64,000 bases of DNA from Octopus vulgaris (GCA_951406725.2 OX597817.1:57660001-57724000); one strand, 5' to 3'; positions 15,416 to 28,935 are shown, counted from the stretch's first letter. Notes: generated from the letters alone by a model not told the origin. Made by a program: numbers and translations.

Positions 15416-16161
15416 ATAACAATAACAAATTTCTTTTGATTGGATATGAGGACAACCTTTGAAGGTGAGCAGGTGTAGAAGGGACTGAAGCAATTCCTTT
15501 CTGCACAGCTGATACTTTTTTTGCTCCATTCCACAGAAAGAAATGGTTTAACAATCCCATGTTGGGCTTGAACAAAACTAAATAGAGTTAGAAACTTAGG
15601 TGTTTTACCATTTCTATCAACTGGTTACCAATCATATTGGTTTCAAATTTTGGCACAATGCCAGCAGTTTTAAAGGCGGGTTGATAACACTGACCCTGGA
15701 GTTTAACTGGTATTTTATTTCATCAACCATAATGCCTCGAGGCAGAAAAGGTTGGGATACTGTAGACCAGATGATGGACTGACTCTACCACTCACATACA
15801 TAAAAAGCCCTTTGATGGGGTTTCATTCAGTTTTCTCTTGGTAAAACTTTCCTTCCTAATGTAATGTTTGATTCAAGTGTTGTGCTGTAGGACTGAACCT
15901 AAAACCACATTGTTGGGAAGCAAACTTCTTAACCAAATGACCATGCTTGTGCAGTGTTTGTGTAGTGTCTTTGGTGGAAATACAAAAAAAAAAAAAATGC
16001 ATTGGACGTTGTTTAGGGCCCCATGGCAGAGTTTTGAGTAATTGAAAAGATAACTTGGAAGGGTTAACAAAAGAACAATTTTTAAAAATCAGTAAATAAT
16101 AGCAAAAATGAAAGAAAATAATAAAAAATGATTTTAATAACATTTAAATAAGTCATGCTTG

Positions 16162-16513
<352 letters not shown>

Positions 16514-16604
16514 TTTACATTGAACACGCAATCAAACCCTCTCTCTTTCCTCTCTCAAGCACACACATAAATATACCCTGGAAACTTTCCTCTCATCTCT
16601 CTTA

Positions 16605-16935
16605 CTCATTTCAGTCACTGGACTGTGGCCATGCTGGGGCATTGCTCCAAAAGGTTTTAGTCAAAGAAATCAAACATAGTATTTTTTTTTAGACTGATAC
16701 TTGGTTTATCAGTCACTGTTTTGCCAAACTGCTAAGTTATAGGGATGTAAAGAAACCCAATACAAGTGGTGGGTGGGTAGGACAAACACACACACATGAC
16801 AGGCTTCCACTCATAATGCATTGGTTGACCCAGTGCTATAGTAGAAAACATTTGCTGAAGGTGCTGCACAGTGGGACTGAACTCAAAACCGCATGGTTGT
16901 AAAGCACACTTCTTAACCACACATTCACCCCTGCT
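16605..16935 (-). mobile_element. Family B SINE copy
   Basis: Consensus match. Confidence 0.75.
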
Positions 16936-17339
16936 ACACACATAAAATTAACATTTCCTATGAAAACAGGACGAAATCATTTCGTTTTGAAGAACTGATA
17001 AAAAAAAAAATTAATTAGAAAATAAATATCACCATCATCACCATCATCATTGTGATGGCGATTATTTTTCCTTCTCAACCTTCTCCTCCTCCTCCTCCTC
17101 CTCACCATCATCATCAGTCAAAGAGGTATTTGTTACATTAGTTTTATATATGTGTGTATGTGTGTGTATCAGGAAGTATGAATGAGTAAGTAATCTCAGA
17201 TGTGTGTGTATGTATATGTATATATATGTGTGTGCTGTTGCATGTATGTAAATATGTGCCTGATATACGTATGTGTGTGTGTGTGTGTGTGTTGTGTTGT
17301 GTGTGTGTAGACAATGGTACTTCTGATATACACAAGAGA

Positions 17340-19347
17340 AAATAAAAATATAATTTTCAGTAAATGTATGATATATATTTTTTTACATTTTTTTTAGATA
17401 ATCATTTATATTAAATATTTTACCAATATTAAATATTATTTTATGCATTCAATAATTTTTTTTTTAATTTCTGTTTTTCATTACTTTTTTTTTTTTTTAC
17501 AAAAGTCTTTTTTTTTATTAAATTCAGTTTTCTTTTTTTTTGCAAGTGCCCCATTTAATGTCTTTAATGAAGACATCAATGTTTTGTTTTGGAAGAAAAA
17601 AAAAATAAATAAAAAAAATAAAATAGAAATTTAATTAACAATAACTTTTAAGTTTAAAAACTTAAGAAATATCACATTTTAGTTTGTTTTGTAGTCTTGT
17701 GCTGACGGAGGTGGAATATGATTTGGTAATGGAGTAGGGACTGACTCAGGGTTTAAAAAAATAAATGACCGAAATTCTTAGGTTTGGGTTAGTTTCTTAT
17801 CCAAGTTTATGTGGACTGGGGATGGTTTATACAAAATTCTTCCATCCTGTATTACCACCAATAATAATTGTGTTTTATACAAAAGAAAATGCATTATAAG
17901 CTAGCAAACTGAAAGGCAAAATTAAGAAACTTATGTCCAATAATGTTGCCTTTTTACTTGAATAATTTAAAATTGAGATTTAAAAAGAAAAAAAATTATT
18001 TGTTGCTCACTTAGCTATTGTTATTAATTTTTAAAAAATAATGCAAATTATAATTTTATTTGATATTTGAAAATAACATTAAAGTTTAAAAAAGAAATTA
18101 GCTAATATGTTTTTTAAACTTTTTTTTTTGGGGGGGGGGGGTTCTGAATTACAATTGCAGATGCAAGCAATCTGGCTGCAATCGCTGGTGCAAGCAATCT
18201 ATCTAGTAGTTGTTTCAAATTTAATTCAAGTAATCTACTTGCAATCCTAGACTCAACCAATCAGCTGCCAATCTCAGATACACAAGCAAGGACTCTGCTT
18301 GTATCTGGAATTATTAAAACTTAATAAAATGCTGGGAACTGTCATTCTTTGAAGAAGTCCGTTTCATCAGGATCTTTATTTGAAGCATCACAAAACAGAA
18401 TGAATTCTCAGTTGAACAAGAAGTCTTCTGAGAAAACTGTGGAAGCTCTAGTAACACTGGTTAACAGTGCTAAAAGGCTGCAGGCCAGGGATTATATTAA
18501 ACAGAATATAGAATTGAAATTCTTCTTTTTCTTGTGATTCTATCAAAAAATTCTACTTCAAAGTCTGAAAGTGACCAACAATTAAAGGATGTTTCTGATG
18601 CAGCCATAGACTTTTAAGATATGCTTTCTTCTTCAAGAGACAAAAAGAAAAATATATGGGAAAATAAGGAGTGAATTTTAGGGGTTTGTTTCCATCACAG
18701 ATAGAAGAGGTAGTGGGGGTAACCTACCCATGGAACTACCTTGATCCACAGACAATCAAGCTTCACTGGGAAGTTTAATAGTCTAGAACATAATTGCTGA
18801 AGCCTGTATAAGAATTAGGAAACTTCTTTATATTAATTGGAGATTATTTTCAAAATAACTCAAGAATTGGCTTCATCAGAATTAAAAGAGTCTTTTATGA
18901 TTCAGGTCAATTCTGGAGATTTAAGAAAAAAAATAATAAATACAAAAAAAAAATTTTTAAATATTCAAGTCTTTTTTTTTTTTTGAAGATACAATGATTA
19001 CTTCAAGAGTTGGTTATGAAATGCCAGTCAAATTTTTATAACAGATCTTCCAAAATTTCCAATGTCCATGATTTTGAATAACAAGATCTGTACAGTTCAA
19101 TTATATCCGTCTTCTTTTGACACCATTTTATGAAGACAAAAATTAAAGCTTTGTTTGTTTTGTTTGAAATGTTATTGTTTTGTTTAAAAAAAAGTGAAAA
19201 ATAATTATTTTGCAATGAATAAATATTGTATAAAAGAATATGAAACGTGTTGAGGAAATAAATACAATTTCACAAAATTTGGTTTACATAGGTTTTAGAT
19301 TTTTTCCTTTCCTTTTTCAAGTATATAAAATCTTTACATACGTATGC

Positions 19348-19396
<49 letters not shown>

Positions 19397-19522
19397 CATA
19401 TATATATAACAAAGTACAGATACATACATACTATGTATGTATACATATAAAGGCACAAAAATTTAAAGTTCACTTCGTTCAAAATAACTCTGAGTATTTG
19501 TCATAGTAAACTTTTGCAAAAC
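17340..19522 (-). other. Probable 3'UTR of the CREBL2-like gene
   Basis: About 2 kb of transposon-free, A/U-rich sequence directly downstream of the stop codon; 3' end not determinable from sequence. Confidence 0.45.
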
Positions 19523-19993
19523 TTATTGTTCCAAATGTGTCGGAAGCAATGCAGGGTATTTGAAATTCTGAACAGGGAAAGACATTTGCTGGTTACAGTA
19601 CATATGTTTGTTATAAGGCTGGTTGAAGCTGCTGGTACAAAAATCTGGTGTACATGGAATGGATGACATAAGGCAGTTGGAGCTGGCAAACGTTACAGGT
19701 GGATGCTGCATATGGTGGTAGTTCTCTGTCTTAATATAATTAACCTCTTCGTGGGGCATTACCATTTGGGAAATTTGAAACTCTTCAGGTATAGATACAG
19801 TGTGGTTTAGGGGAGGTATATTCTTATTTGGTGGCCCCGAAACACAAGGCACAGTCTTTGGAGTCTGTAAGTTACTGTTGACAGGTGTGTATTCTGAAGT
19901 ATTTGACTTTGACGTTGAAGATTGAGCGAGGAACATATCTTGGAGACCTGCAGGAATGTGGCCATTGTCCATTTGAGTACACCACTGTCTGAG
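19523..19993 (-). CDS. CREBL2: CREBL2-like terminal coding exon
   Basis: Phase-0 acceptor ttctttatttttag|CTC AGA CAG TGG TGT ACT CAA ATG GAC AAT GGC CAC ATT CCT gives LRQWCTQMDNGHIP, matching the CREBL2 motif YKQWCMAMDQGKIP that follows the bZIP. Frame is open to the stop at 19523. Spliced protein is 223 aa. Confidence 0.9.
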   Translation of the reverse strand, partial: LRQWCTQMDNGHIPAGLQDMFLAQSSTSKSNTSEYTPVNSNLQTPKTVPCVSGPPNKNIPPLNHTVSIPEEFQISQMVMPHEEVNYIKTENYHHMQHPPVTFASSNCLMSSIPCTPDFCTSSFNQPYNKHMYCNQQMSFPVQNFKYPALLPTHLEQ

Positions 19994-20346
19994 CTAAAAA
20001 TAAAGAATAACATTTCACAACACTTTGTAGCAGTGACAAACTTCCATTGCTGGTGAACTCCCTGCAGATATATCAATGTATGTGTGCATGAATAAAATGT
20101 CTTTTAAGAAGATGTCTGATATCTTTGATCAGGGAATTTATACATACATTTAATGTGTACAAGTATGTACACAAATACTTGTGTGTACATAATAGCTTCA
20201 TGCACTCACATACATAGACACAGACGTACCTCGAATTGGAAAGTAAGTCAAATGTTTTTTATTGTCGTGGATTTGATGAAATGAAATAAAAGTGGCAATA
20301 TTCCATTGTCAAGTGAAGAAATGAAAGAAAGAGAGAAAGAGGGAAG

Positions 20347-20405
<59 letters not shown>

Positions 20406-22426
20406 TAAGGAAGAAGGAAAGAAAGTTGTTTATTATCAGAACAATAAATTCTTGTAGGATTGTAATTTGTTTGAAAGATTTTTTTTTTTAACGGATTTCC
20501 TTTTAGCATGCCAAGAATTAAATATAGACAAGAAGAAGAGAAGAAAATGCATCATGAGGCAGAGCTTTATTTCACTCTTGCTGCTAACGTAGCTATTTCA
20601 TTGACTAGAGACAGACATATTTAAGAGTACTGGTTTAATAGCCTAAGAGCTGTGCCAAGAATAAAAACATGATAACATAAATATAATAACAAGTTGTGAT
20701 GTTACAGTGACCCAGACAAATTGTTAACTTTCTTTCAGGCCATCAATTTTGTAGTTTATAAGCTGACAAATTAGTCTGGACCAAACATGGCTGTGCTTGT
20801 CAATTAGTTGTACACTGTTACTGGAAGCTAGCTGAAGCAATTCTACAAAACTTTGAGACGAAATATGAAAAAATTCCAAAAATAATAAAATATTTTCAAA
20901 GTATTTTATAAAAAAACTTTTTGATATAATTTTGATATTTAATAGAAAAAAAAAAATCAATATTTGTGGATGTTGGAAGTAAATTGCTGTGAAATTGTTG
21001 AAAATATAACAGCAAAAAAAAAAAATCATATAAATTATAAATTCTTGGATGAAATATGGAAAATTTTGCAAAATATTTTTAACATTATGTAAATAAAACA
21101 GAAATTAAATGTTTTCTTTGTGTGTTTTGTGATAAACTAAGACATTTGTTTGAACAATTGAAATCTCTGCAGAGTTCACATTAACAACAAATATATAATA
21201 TTACAATATTAATTACAGAATGAAAAAATATAATTAATTAGAACAATCATCAAAATATTTATTTATAAAATGTGAACAACTAAAAAAAAATTTACAATTT
21301 GTTAAATACAAAAAACTTTGAATTTATTATTATAATTATAATAATTTTAATTATTAACATTATAATAATGTTTATTGTCATCAACATAGTCATTATCATT
21401 ATTATTATTAATAATATTATTATTATTATTATCACTATTATTATTACAGAGGCAGGTACCATGAGGTAGAAGTTTTTGATGAACCCAACCTGTGGTGAAA
21501 GTTGCAAATTTCTCCAGTTCGTAGTGTTCCAAGTTATTTATAATGGCATCAAGAAAGGTCTGAACATCACAACATCTTAACCCCACTTCCTTCCTACTTA
21601 CCTAAAAATTTCCGGCTTAATTCTTACATAAAAACAAATCTGTTACAATTATTTATATTATTATTAAAAAAAAAAAAAAAAAAAGACAGGAGATTGTCAG
21701 AAATGGCAGAGCGTTGAACAAAATGTTATTTAGATCCCGAGTTCAAATCCAGCCAGGGTTGGCTTTACCTTTCATGCCTTCTAGTGTTGATTTAATCAAC
21801 TATAGTCCCTCACCAAAATGTGTGACCTTGTGCTGGATGTCAGAAATCAATAACAACAGCTGCACGGGGCGGCAGTTACAGTTTATCTAATCAAATTGTG
21901 TTTATTATGATATTCACCAATTTCACAGGCATTTACTGTTAACTGCAATGGGGTTTGAACTGAGAACAGGACTAGAGATTAACATTCACATCTAATTAAA
22001 GACTGATGTCTAATATTCACACAAGACCACAAGATATAAATGATTATATCGATCTCTAGCATTAGTTGGATACTTCATTCTATCAAATGAAAGATAAGTT
22101 GAACTCAGAACAAACAGGGGTGTAATTAAATATCAATTTCTAACATAAATTCAAAGCCTCAAATTTCTCTGGTAATTGACTGGTGTTTTATTTTAGCGAT
22201 TCTGAAAGGTCGAAAGGCAAAGTTAATTTCTGAGGTATTAGGACTCCCGTAGTCAAGGGAGGTAACTCCCTATTACACTGCTAAATCTGACAATCCCAAT
22301 TAACATCAATGGCATTAATGATTAATTATTAAAGAAATAGCAAACATAATAAAGCAAAGAGATAAAGCCATGTATGGAATGATCAGGTTTGTGTTTAAGA
22401 GGTTGGGTTTCATGAATGGCTTCAAA

Positions 22427-22607
22427 CAGGAGTCCCCAAACTTTTTAGACCATTGACCTGCTTCATGGAATCTTTGACCCCTCATCGACCTCCAGGCATG
22501 TACAAGAAAATAAATAATTAATAATAATAATTAAGTAGATGTGCAACCCCTTGAATAGTCACATCGAGCCTGCTAGGGGCCGATATCGACCACTTTGGAG
22601 ACCCTCG
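22427..22607. mobile_element. hAT-type non-autonomous MITE
   Basis: TIRs caggagtccccaaa / tttggagaccctcg; imperfect 8-bp TSD gcttcaaa / gcttaaga. Confidence 0.6.
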
Positions 22608-22799
22608 GCTTAAGACATTCTCTTTTCCCATGTTCTGTTTTCACCTGTTTCTGTCTTCATTCCTGATCTCTCTCTCTCTGGTCAGGTAACCATGTACCTC
22701 CTCTACATCAAGACACCTCTTTCTGTCTCTCTGTCTCACTTTAACCTTTCATCATCTGATACAAGATCATCTCCACCAATGCCCCCTCCCCTCTCAAAA

Positions 22800-23080
22800 G
22801 ATTTTTGTCTTGCAAGTTACTTGGTGACCCTGTCAGTGCAGGGGCCACATAAAAAAGTATCCAGCCCACACTGTAAAGTGGTTGGCATTTGGAAGGGCAT
22901 CCTGCTGTAAAAACCTTGCCAAAACTGACCTCGCCTGTGTTAGGAAGGGCATCCAGCTGTAAAAATCCTGCCAAAACAGTCACAGAAGTCTGGTGCAGGC
23001 TCCTGCCTGGCCAGCTACTGTTAAACCATCCAACCCATGCCAGCATGGAAGGCAGATGGTAAATGATGATGATGATGATG
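22800..23080 (+). mobile_element. RTE-tail repeat with internal duplication
   Basis: ggaagggcatcc...ctgtaaaaa occurs twice; (GAT)n tail. Confidence 0.75.
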
Positions 23081-23236
23081 TATATTTTCATTTTTTCTTT
23101 TTAATTTAGAATAATTTTTGATAAGGCACCAACTTAGTTGTAAAGTTGCAAAGGAAAGCATCTTTTCTTTATCATCTTTTAAATCTTAAAAACATTTTGC
23201 TGGTCATTATTCTTCTAAATATCAGGATCATTTCTT

Positions 23237-23396
23237 GTGTATAAATTAAGGAGATGCATTGTCTCCCAAACAACCCAGTTCAGTCCAGGCAGGTTGGAGT
23301 GTATCCTGTAGCTTCAATAATAAGCATGAAACTGGAAATGCATTTTGGGCTGAACAGGGGTTTTGGGGAGAGAATGCATCTCCTTAATTTATACAC
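23237..23396. repeat. MITE-like inverted repeat (~51-bp arms)
   Basis: gtgtataaattaaggagatgcattgtctcccaaacaacccagttcagtcca (23237-23287) pairs with tgggctgaacaggggttttggggagagaatgcatctccttaatttatacac (23346-23396). Confidence 0.8.
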
Positions 23397-23414
23397 TACA
23401 GTGGTTGGTATATC

Positions 23415-23690
23415 AATGTTTAACGTCCGTTTTCCATGCTAGCATGGGTTGGACGGTTTGACCGGGGTCTGGGAAGCCAGAAGGCTGCACCAGGCTCCAG
23501 TCTGATCTGGGAGAGTTTCTACAGCTGGATGCCCTTCCTAACGCCAATCACTCCATGAGTGTAGTGGGTGCTTTTTACGTGCCACCGGCATGGAAGCCAC
23601 TCAAGGTGGCACTGGCATTGGCCAAGTTCGGATGGTGCTTTTTATGTGCCACCAGCACAGGGATCACAACTACAATTCCCATTGATTTTT
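23415..23690 (-). mobile_element. RTE-tail repeat
   Basis: tttaacgtccgttttccatgctagcatgggttggacgg... consensus. Confidence 0.85.
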
Positions 23691-25410
23691 GATGTATATA
23701 TGTATGTACATATGCCTGCATGTGTATATTAGGAAAAAGATATGTAGAACAGGGAGAAAATTACTCATAAACTGGTGCAATAAAAAAATACCATGTCTGT
23801 TGCACAAAAACATTTGCTTATCATCAGAGTCATCATTGTAAAATGCATTGAACTGCAGTTGGCTGATAGGAAATCTATCATTAATGACACTATTGTTTAT
23901 ATTAAGGTCCCAGGAAGCATGTTGCATGTGTTACAAATGTGTTACACATATCTAGCAGAGCTGACTGAAGGGATCCTATTACAACAACAACAACAACAAC
24001 ATGGTGTCACCTTGGGTTACTAAATTGATATACAAGTAGCAGATTATGCTGCTTTTCAGAGTTGTACTGTATTTTTAAGCATTTAAACCATTTGCTACTT
24101 GAAAATTCCAATTTTTAATGGTAACTATCAGTGTTCCCTTCAAGCTGTGTGCTTGTGCACATGCACTCATTTTAACAACCCAGAAAGGAAAACAAAGTGT
24201 GCGCACAGGTTTTTAAAGTGAAATTGGATTTTTTTAAATGAAAACGTTTGAATGATGTTTACTCACATGGGTGTACACAATACTGAGCAAATAAAGACGA
24301 ATTTTACACACAATGCAAATCTCTGTGCACGCCCACAGCAAAAATGGGGGAAATTGGAAATCATTAAATTATAAACTAATTCAGTTAGAAATGATTCACA
24401 GATGTTTTTATAATTTACAAACAAAATTTTCATATTGGGTTCCCTTCTAACAGGATCTGCTTTTATTAGGATCTGGCAAATTTTGTGCAACAAGCTTACT
24501 GGGTCTTAAAGAGTAAAGTAACAGAGAGTAATGTCATTGATATTTTGAGTATTACAATGTAAGTTAAGTCCAAGCTCAATGATATATATACAGTACAAGA
24601 TGGCATAAAAGACACACGGCCATGTTAGATGCATCTCAACTTCAGAAGTGCATATTCAAGAAAAATATTTTTAGTGCATTAAAGCATGTAAGATGGGCCC
24701 AGTTTTGGATATAAGACCTGTGGTGATTTTTGGGGAACTTTTTGCAGGGAGAAGATGACATCTTATACACCATCAAATATGGTAATTTATCTCCAAATAG
24801 CAGCTGAAGAATATGGTATGATTCAAAAGAAATGTTTGTTTTACATTTATTACAGAAAAAGATTTGTAAAAAAAAAAAAGTTATTATAAAAAATTATATT
24901 ATCAGTTATAAAATTATTTTCTGATAACATATAACGATACGTTTGTTGAAGAGAAGGGGTCGGATATAGTAATATAAATGCTGCAGTATATAACTGGTAT
25001 GTATTTTATGAATCTTGGAGGAATGAAAGTTGACTGTTGAGATTGAAACTCAAAATCTAGATAAGTGAAATTAGATACATCTAAAGATATCTGATGCATC
25101 ATTAATACTAACTACCAGCACCACACTATTATATTTAGTAAAGCTCTCCCCCATCAACACCACCAACACCATTCTATATTTAGTATGACACTTATTTAAA
25201 TTTAGAACGTATAGTAAAACACAACCGATTACTCGAAAGTATTGTCTCAAACTTTACCTCACCTCCCATGCAGTTACCTCATCTGATTCACAATAACTGT
25301 AAAACAATCCAATCCATTAATACGAAATCCTGTCTCACTTCTCTGTGCCATTTTTCCACTGCAGCAGCGTTTTTTGCTACTCAAACCTAAATGGTTTCAT
25401 GCCTGGTGTA

Positions 25411-26311
25411 CGAGGTGGTACTAAAAAGTTCCCAGACTAGTTATGTTTAATAAAAAATAACTTATTTACACAAGTTTTCACATCATCTCCTTCCGAATAG
25501 TCACCTTGCATAGCAATACACTGGTGCCAGTGTTTCTGCCACTTTTGGAATCCAGCTTGGAAGTTGTTTTCTGCAAGTGAGTCAAGGACTTTTTGCAATT
25601 CTCTCTGGATCTCAACAACAATATTAAAACAGTGACCTTTGAGCTGCATTTTCATCTTGGGGAAGAATTGAAAGACTGCAGGGGCTAAATCTGGCAAATA
25701 GGGAAGGTGCAGAAGCAATACCATGTTTTTGGTGAGAAACTCACAAGAGAGGAGAGCTCAGTAGAAGGGTCCATTGTAATCATCAAGAATCCAATTCTTT
25801 CACCAAATGTCCTCCCTCAAATGTTTCAAAATGTTGCAGTAGAACACTCGATTGATGGTCTGGTCCTGGGGGACAAACTCTCAATGCCCAATACCCCATT
25901 TCCTCGTGTGACACTCGTGATAGGTCTTTCAGATTGCTCATCATGTTCCGGAGACTTTCTTCCACTTTGGAAGCATCCATGCCACTCAAAACATTGTGCA
26001 TGATCCATTACCACATATTGCTGTAAGCTCGTTGAAGCATGCCCAATGTCTCTGTAGTAGACTTCCCAAGTTTAACACAAAATTCCTTGTTTGCTCTTTG
26101 TTCCTGTCTTGGTTCCATGACAAAATCACAGGCTACAGCATACACTTGATCACAAAAACCCAAATTTTACAATTTGCAAAGTAAACACAGAAATGTTACT
26201 TGACAAACTGCATCATAAAGGTCACTGCTAGCACTCACTGTGCACATGACCACATGCTGCCATCTGTTATTGCACTGCAGAACTAGTCCAGAAATTTTTT
26301 GATATCACATG
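25411..26311 (-). mobile_element. Internally deleted mariner (Tc1/mariner) DNA transposon
   Basis: Transposase remnants HLPYLPDLAPAVFQFFPKMK...WHQCIAMQGDYSEG (YSPDLAP motif) and CFEWHGCFQSGRKSPEHDEQSERP (N-terminal HTH); imperfect TIRs cgaggtggtactaaaaagttcccagactagtt / aactagtccagaaattttttgatatcacatg; TA at the left end. Confidence 0.9.
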
Positions 26312-26344
26312 ACTCACTTGCACCTCCAGTCAGACCTGCACACG

Positions 26345-26635
26345 ATTCACTTGTGCATCCAACCAGGTCTACACAACTCACTTATGCCTCCATAACTCCT
26401 TTGTTCCAGCAACCAGGTCTACATAACTCACTCATGCCTCCATGCCTCCCTTGTGCATCCAACCAGGTCTACATAACTCACTCATGCCTCCATGACTCCC
26501 TTGTGCCACCAACCAGGTCTACATAACTCACTTATGCCTCCATGACTCCCCTGTGCCACCAACCAGGTCTACACAACTCACTTATGCTTCCATGACTCCC
26601 TTGTGCCACCAACCGGGTCTACATAACTCACCTGC
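26345..26635. repeat. 50-bp minisatellite, about 6 copies
   Basis: aacc(a/g)ggtct recurs at 26361, 26411, 26461, 26511, 26561, 26611. Confidence 0.95.
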
Positions 26636-26699
26636 CTCTCTAATTAATACTCTATTCATTGTAGATATAGTGCTGAAAACCATTCTGAAACACACAGCA

Positions 26700-28400
26700 A
26701 GCCTTATAAAAGATGACTTAGAGCTGTAAAACCATCATTTGAAAATAAGTTAACAAAAACACTATTATTTAATGCAATAAACATTTATATTTGTACACAA
26801 CATGACTATGGACTTGGAGCCATAAAATTCTGGCTTGAGAAATTTCCCAATAAAATCCAACATTGAACAGAGAAAGATTAATTACTGAAGGAATTAAATT
26901 ATCATTCAAAACAATTTTTTAATCTTCCAAGAGAGAATTTATGAACAAGTACGCGACTGTGAGGAAACAAAGGATGCTCCAACTTAGACCGATGTGGTCA
27001 TGGCATACCTAGGAGTTAAAATAGATGAAGTACGGCAACAGCTTTCACAAATATCCTTTAGAAAATTAGAAAAATTACTGAAACGACTGTCTTATTCTGA
27101 AGACCCATGATTTGAGCAACATAATTTGAAAACCCTAATTAATAGCAAGCAATAATATATAGTTAACAATGGAATGCAGTAAATAAAAAAAACTACATAG
27201 CCTGGATGGTTTGATAATCAAAAAGATGCAAACATCAAAATTGACATCCATTACAAACCAATGGACTCTAAACATTACTATTTGCTGCCAACCAAAACAC
27301 ACGAAAATAGATAAACCATTTAATCTCCCAGAAAGGGTATGTCCAATCATTTCAAATTTTGAAATTCAAAATAAAATCCTCTACAAATTAAAACAAATAC
27401 AACTTGATAGACAGAACCCAAGAAAAAGGAATTGGTAACAGAATGGAACATGCCAAAGCAATAGACATTCAAGAATTACTAAAATAAATAAGACATCACA
27501 ATATACAATCCAAGAAACACAGAAACATAAACCACTATCCATCAAACCATTCATTTGTGAAGTACAACCCTAGAATTTAAAAAAAAACTTGAAATAGAAA
27601 TTATATGATAGGTAAAATCCCTAAAAAAATTAAATATCAACAGCAAATTATGCATTACAAACACAATATTAACAGTCAAAATTGTGGTCACTCCTAACGA
27701 TGGAACCCTAACCTTATGGAAGACATCTTTTAAATAACATTTTTCATTGTAAAATAAAAATCACTTCAACCTTCATCAAATGTAACAAGTATCTGTATCT
27801 GCAATGGGAACAAAGGTTGCCCCAATTTAAGACAATTACATAGATTAAATGAAATTAAGACTTAGTTGTAAGGAACAAATATGAAATTCTAATACCAGAC
27901 AGAGTTGACTAAGTGAACATTTTTTACACATGTGGAACACCCAAAATTCCTAGTTTCCCCACTTTATCTTTTGTTCTAGTAAAACTAAAATATGATTATT
28001 GAAAACAAAAGGCATGACTGAATAAGCTATAGCAACAAACCAAATAGAGACACTACACTGCATTTTTGTAATGTTTAGTTCACATTCTCACCCAATACAC
28101 AGATGGAATGTACAATTGTTATCCATACTCTTATATAACACTTTCACTGGTTTAATGACACTTTAACTTCTAATGCAACTATCATTTATACTGTCACATG
28201 TTCTTGTGACAAGCTTCAACTAACCAAACTATACTTCAACTGATGACAAATTGAGCCATGATTTCTCTATAAAAAGGAGAAATAATTCCTCATTCCAGAG
28301 TTAAAACAAATACTGTATAGCTCCAGATTCTTTTCACTTACATTTTTAGAAAAATATGAAATTGTGAAACCAGTAAATTCCTAATGCATTTCCAGCTTTT
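26700..28400 (+). mobile_element. Highly degenerate Penelope-like element RT remnants
   Basis: Fragments YEQVR..TKDAPT..DVVMAYL (~26940-27020), IDIHYKPMDSKHY / CQPKHTKIDKPFNLPERVCPIIS (~27240-27355) and SAMGTKVAP (~27800) match PLE RT motifs (GxAMGTxxAP; DIYxKPTD; SCHPxHTK..IPFNLARRI). Confidence 0.75.
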
Positions 28401-28402
28401 AT

Positions 28403-28439
<37 letters not shown>

Positions 28440-28440
<1 letters not shown>

Positions 28441-28843
28441 TCTTTTATTCTTTTCTTGTTTCAGTCATTTGACTGCAGCCATGCTGGAGCACTGCCCCTA
28501 GTCGAGCAAATCGATCCCAGGACTTATTCTTTGTAAGCCTAGTACTTATTCTATCAGTCTCTTTTGCCGAACCACAAAATTACGGGGATGTAAACACACC
28601 AGCATTGGTTGTCAAGCGATGTTGGGGGACAAACACAGACACACGAACATATATACATATATACATTATATATATATATATATGATGGGCCTCTTTCAGT
28701 TTCCATCTACCAAATCCACTCACAAGGCTTTGGTCGGTCTGAGGCTATAGTAGAAATCACTTGCCTAAGGTGCCATACAGTGGGTCTGAACCCGGAACCA
28801 TATGGTTGGTAAGCAAGCTACTTACCACACAGCCACTCTTGCG

Positions 28844-28847
<4 letters not shown>
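28440..28847 (-). mobile_element. tRNA-derived CORE-type SINE (family B, octopus OR-like), full length
   Basis: Head ggcgcaagagtggctgtgtggtaagtagcttgc...gggttcagacccactg, CORE-like ggcaccttaggcaagtg, internal (TA/CA)n, tail cagtcaaatgactgaaacaag. Confidence 0.8.

Positions 28848-28935
<88 letters not shown>

Noticed and set aside
18349-18537. 62-aa plus-strand ORF antisense to the CREBL2 3'UTR
   Set aside because: Non-ATG start, no recognisable homology, no supporting splice structure.
26345-26635. Regularly spaced repeats resembling a CRISPR array (also 62470-63095)
   Set aside because: Whole units repeat with no unique spacers; eukaryotic context; no cas genes.
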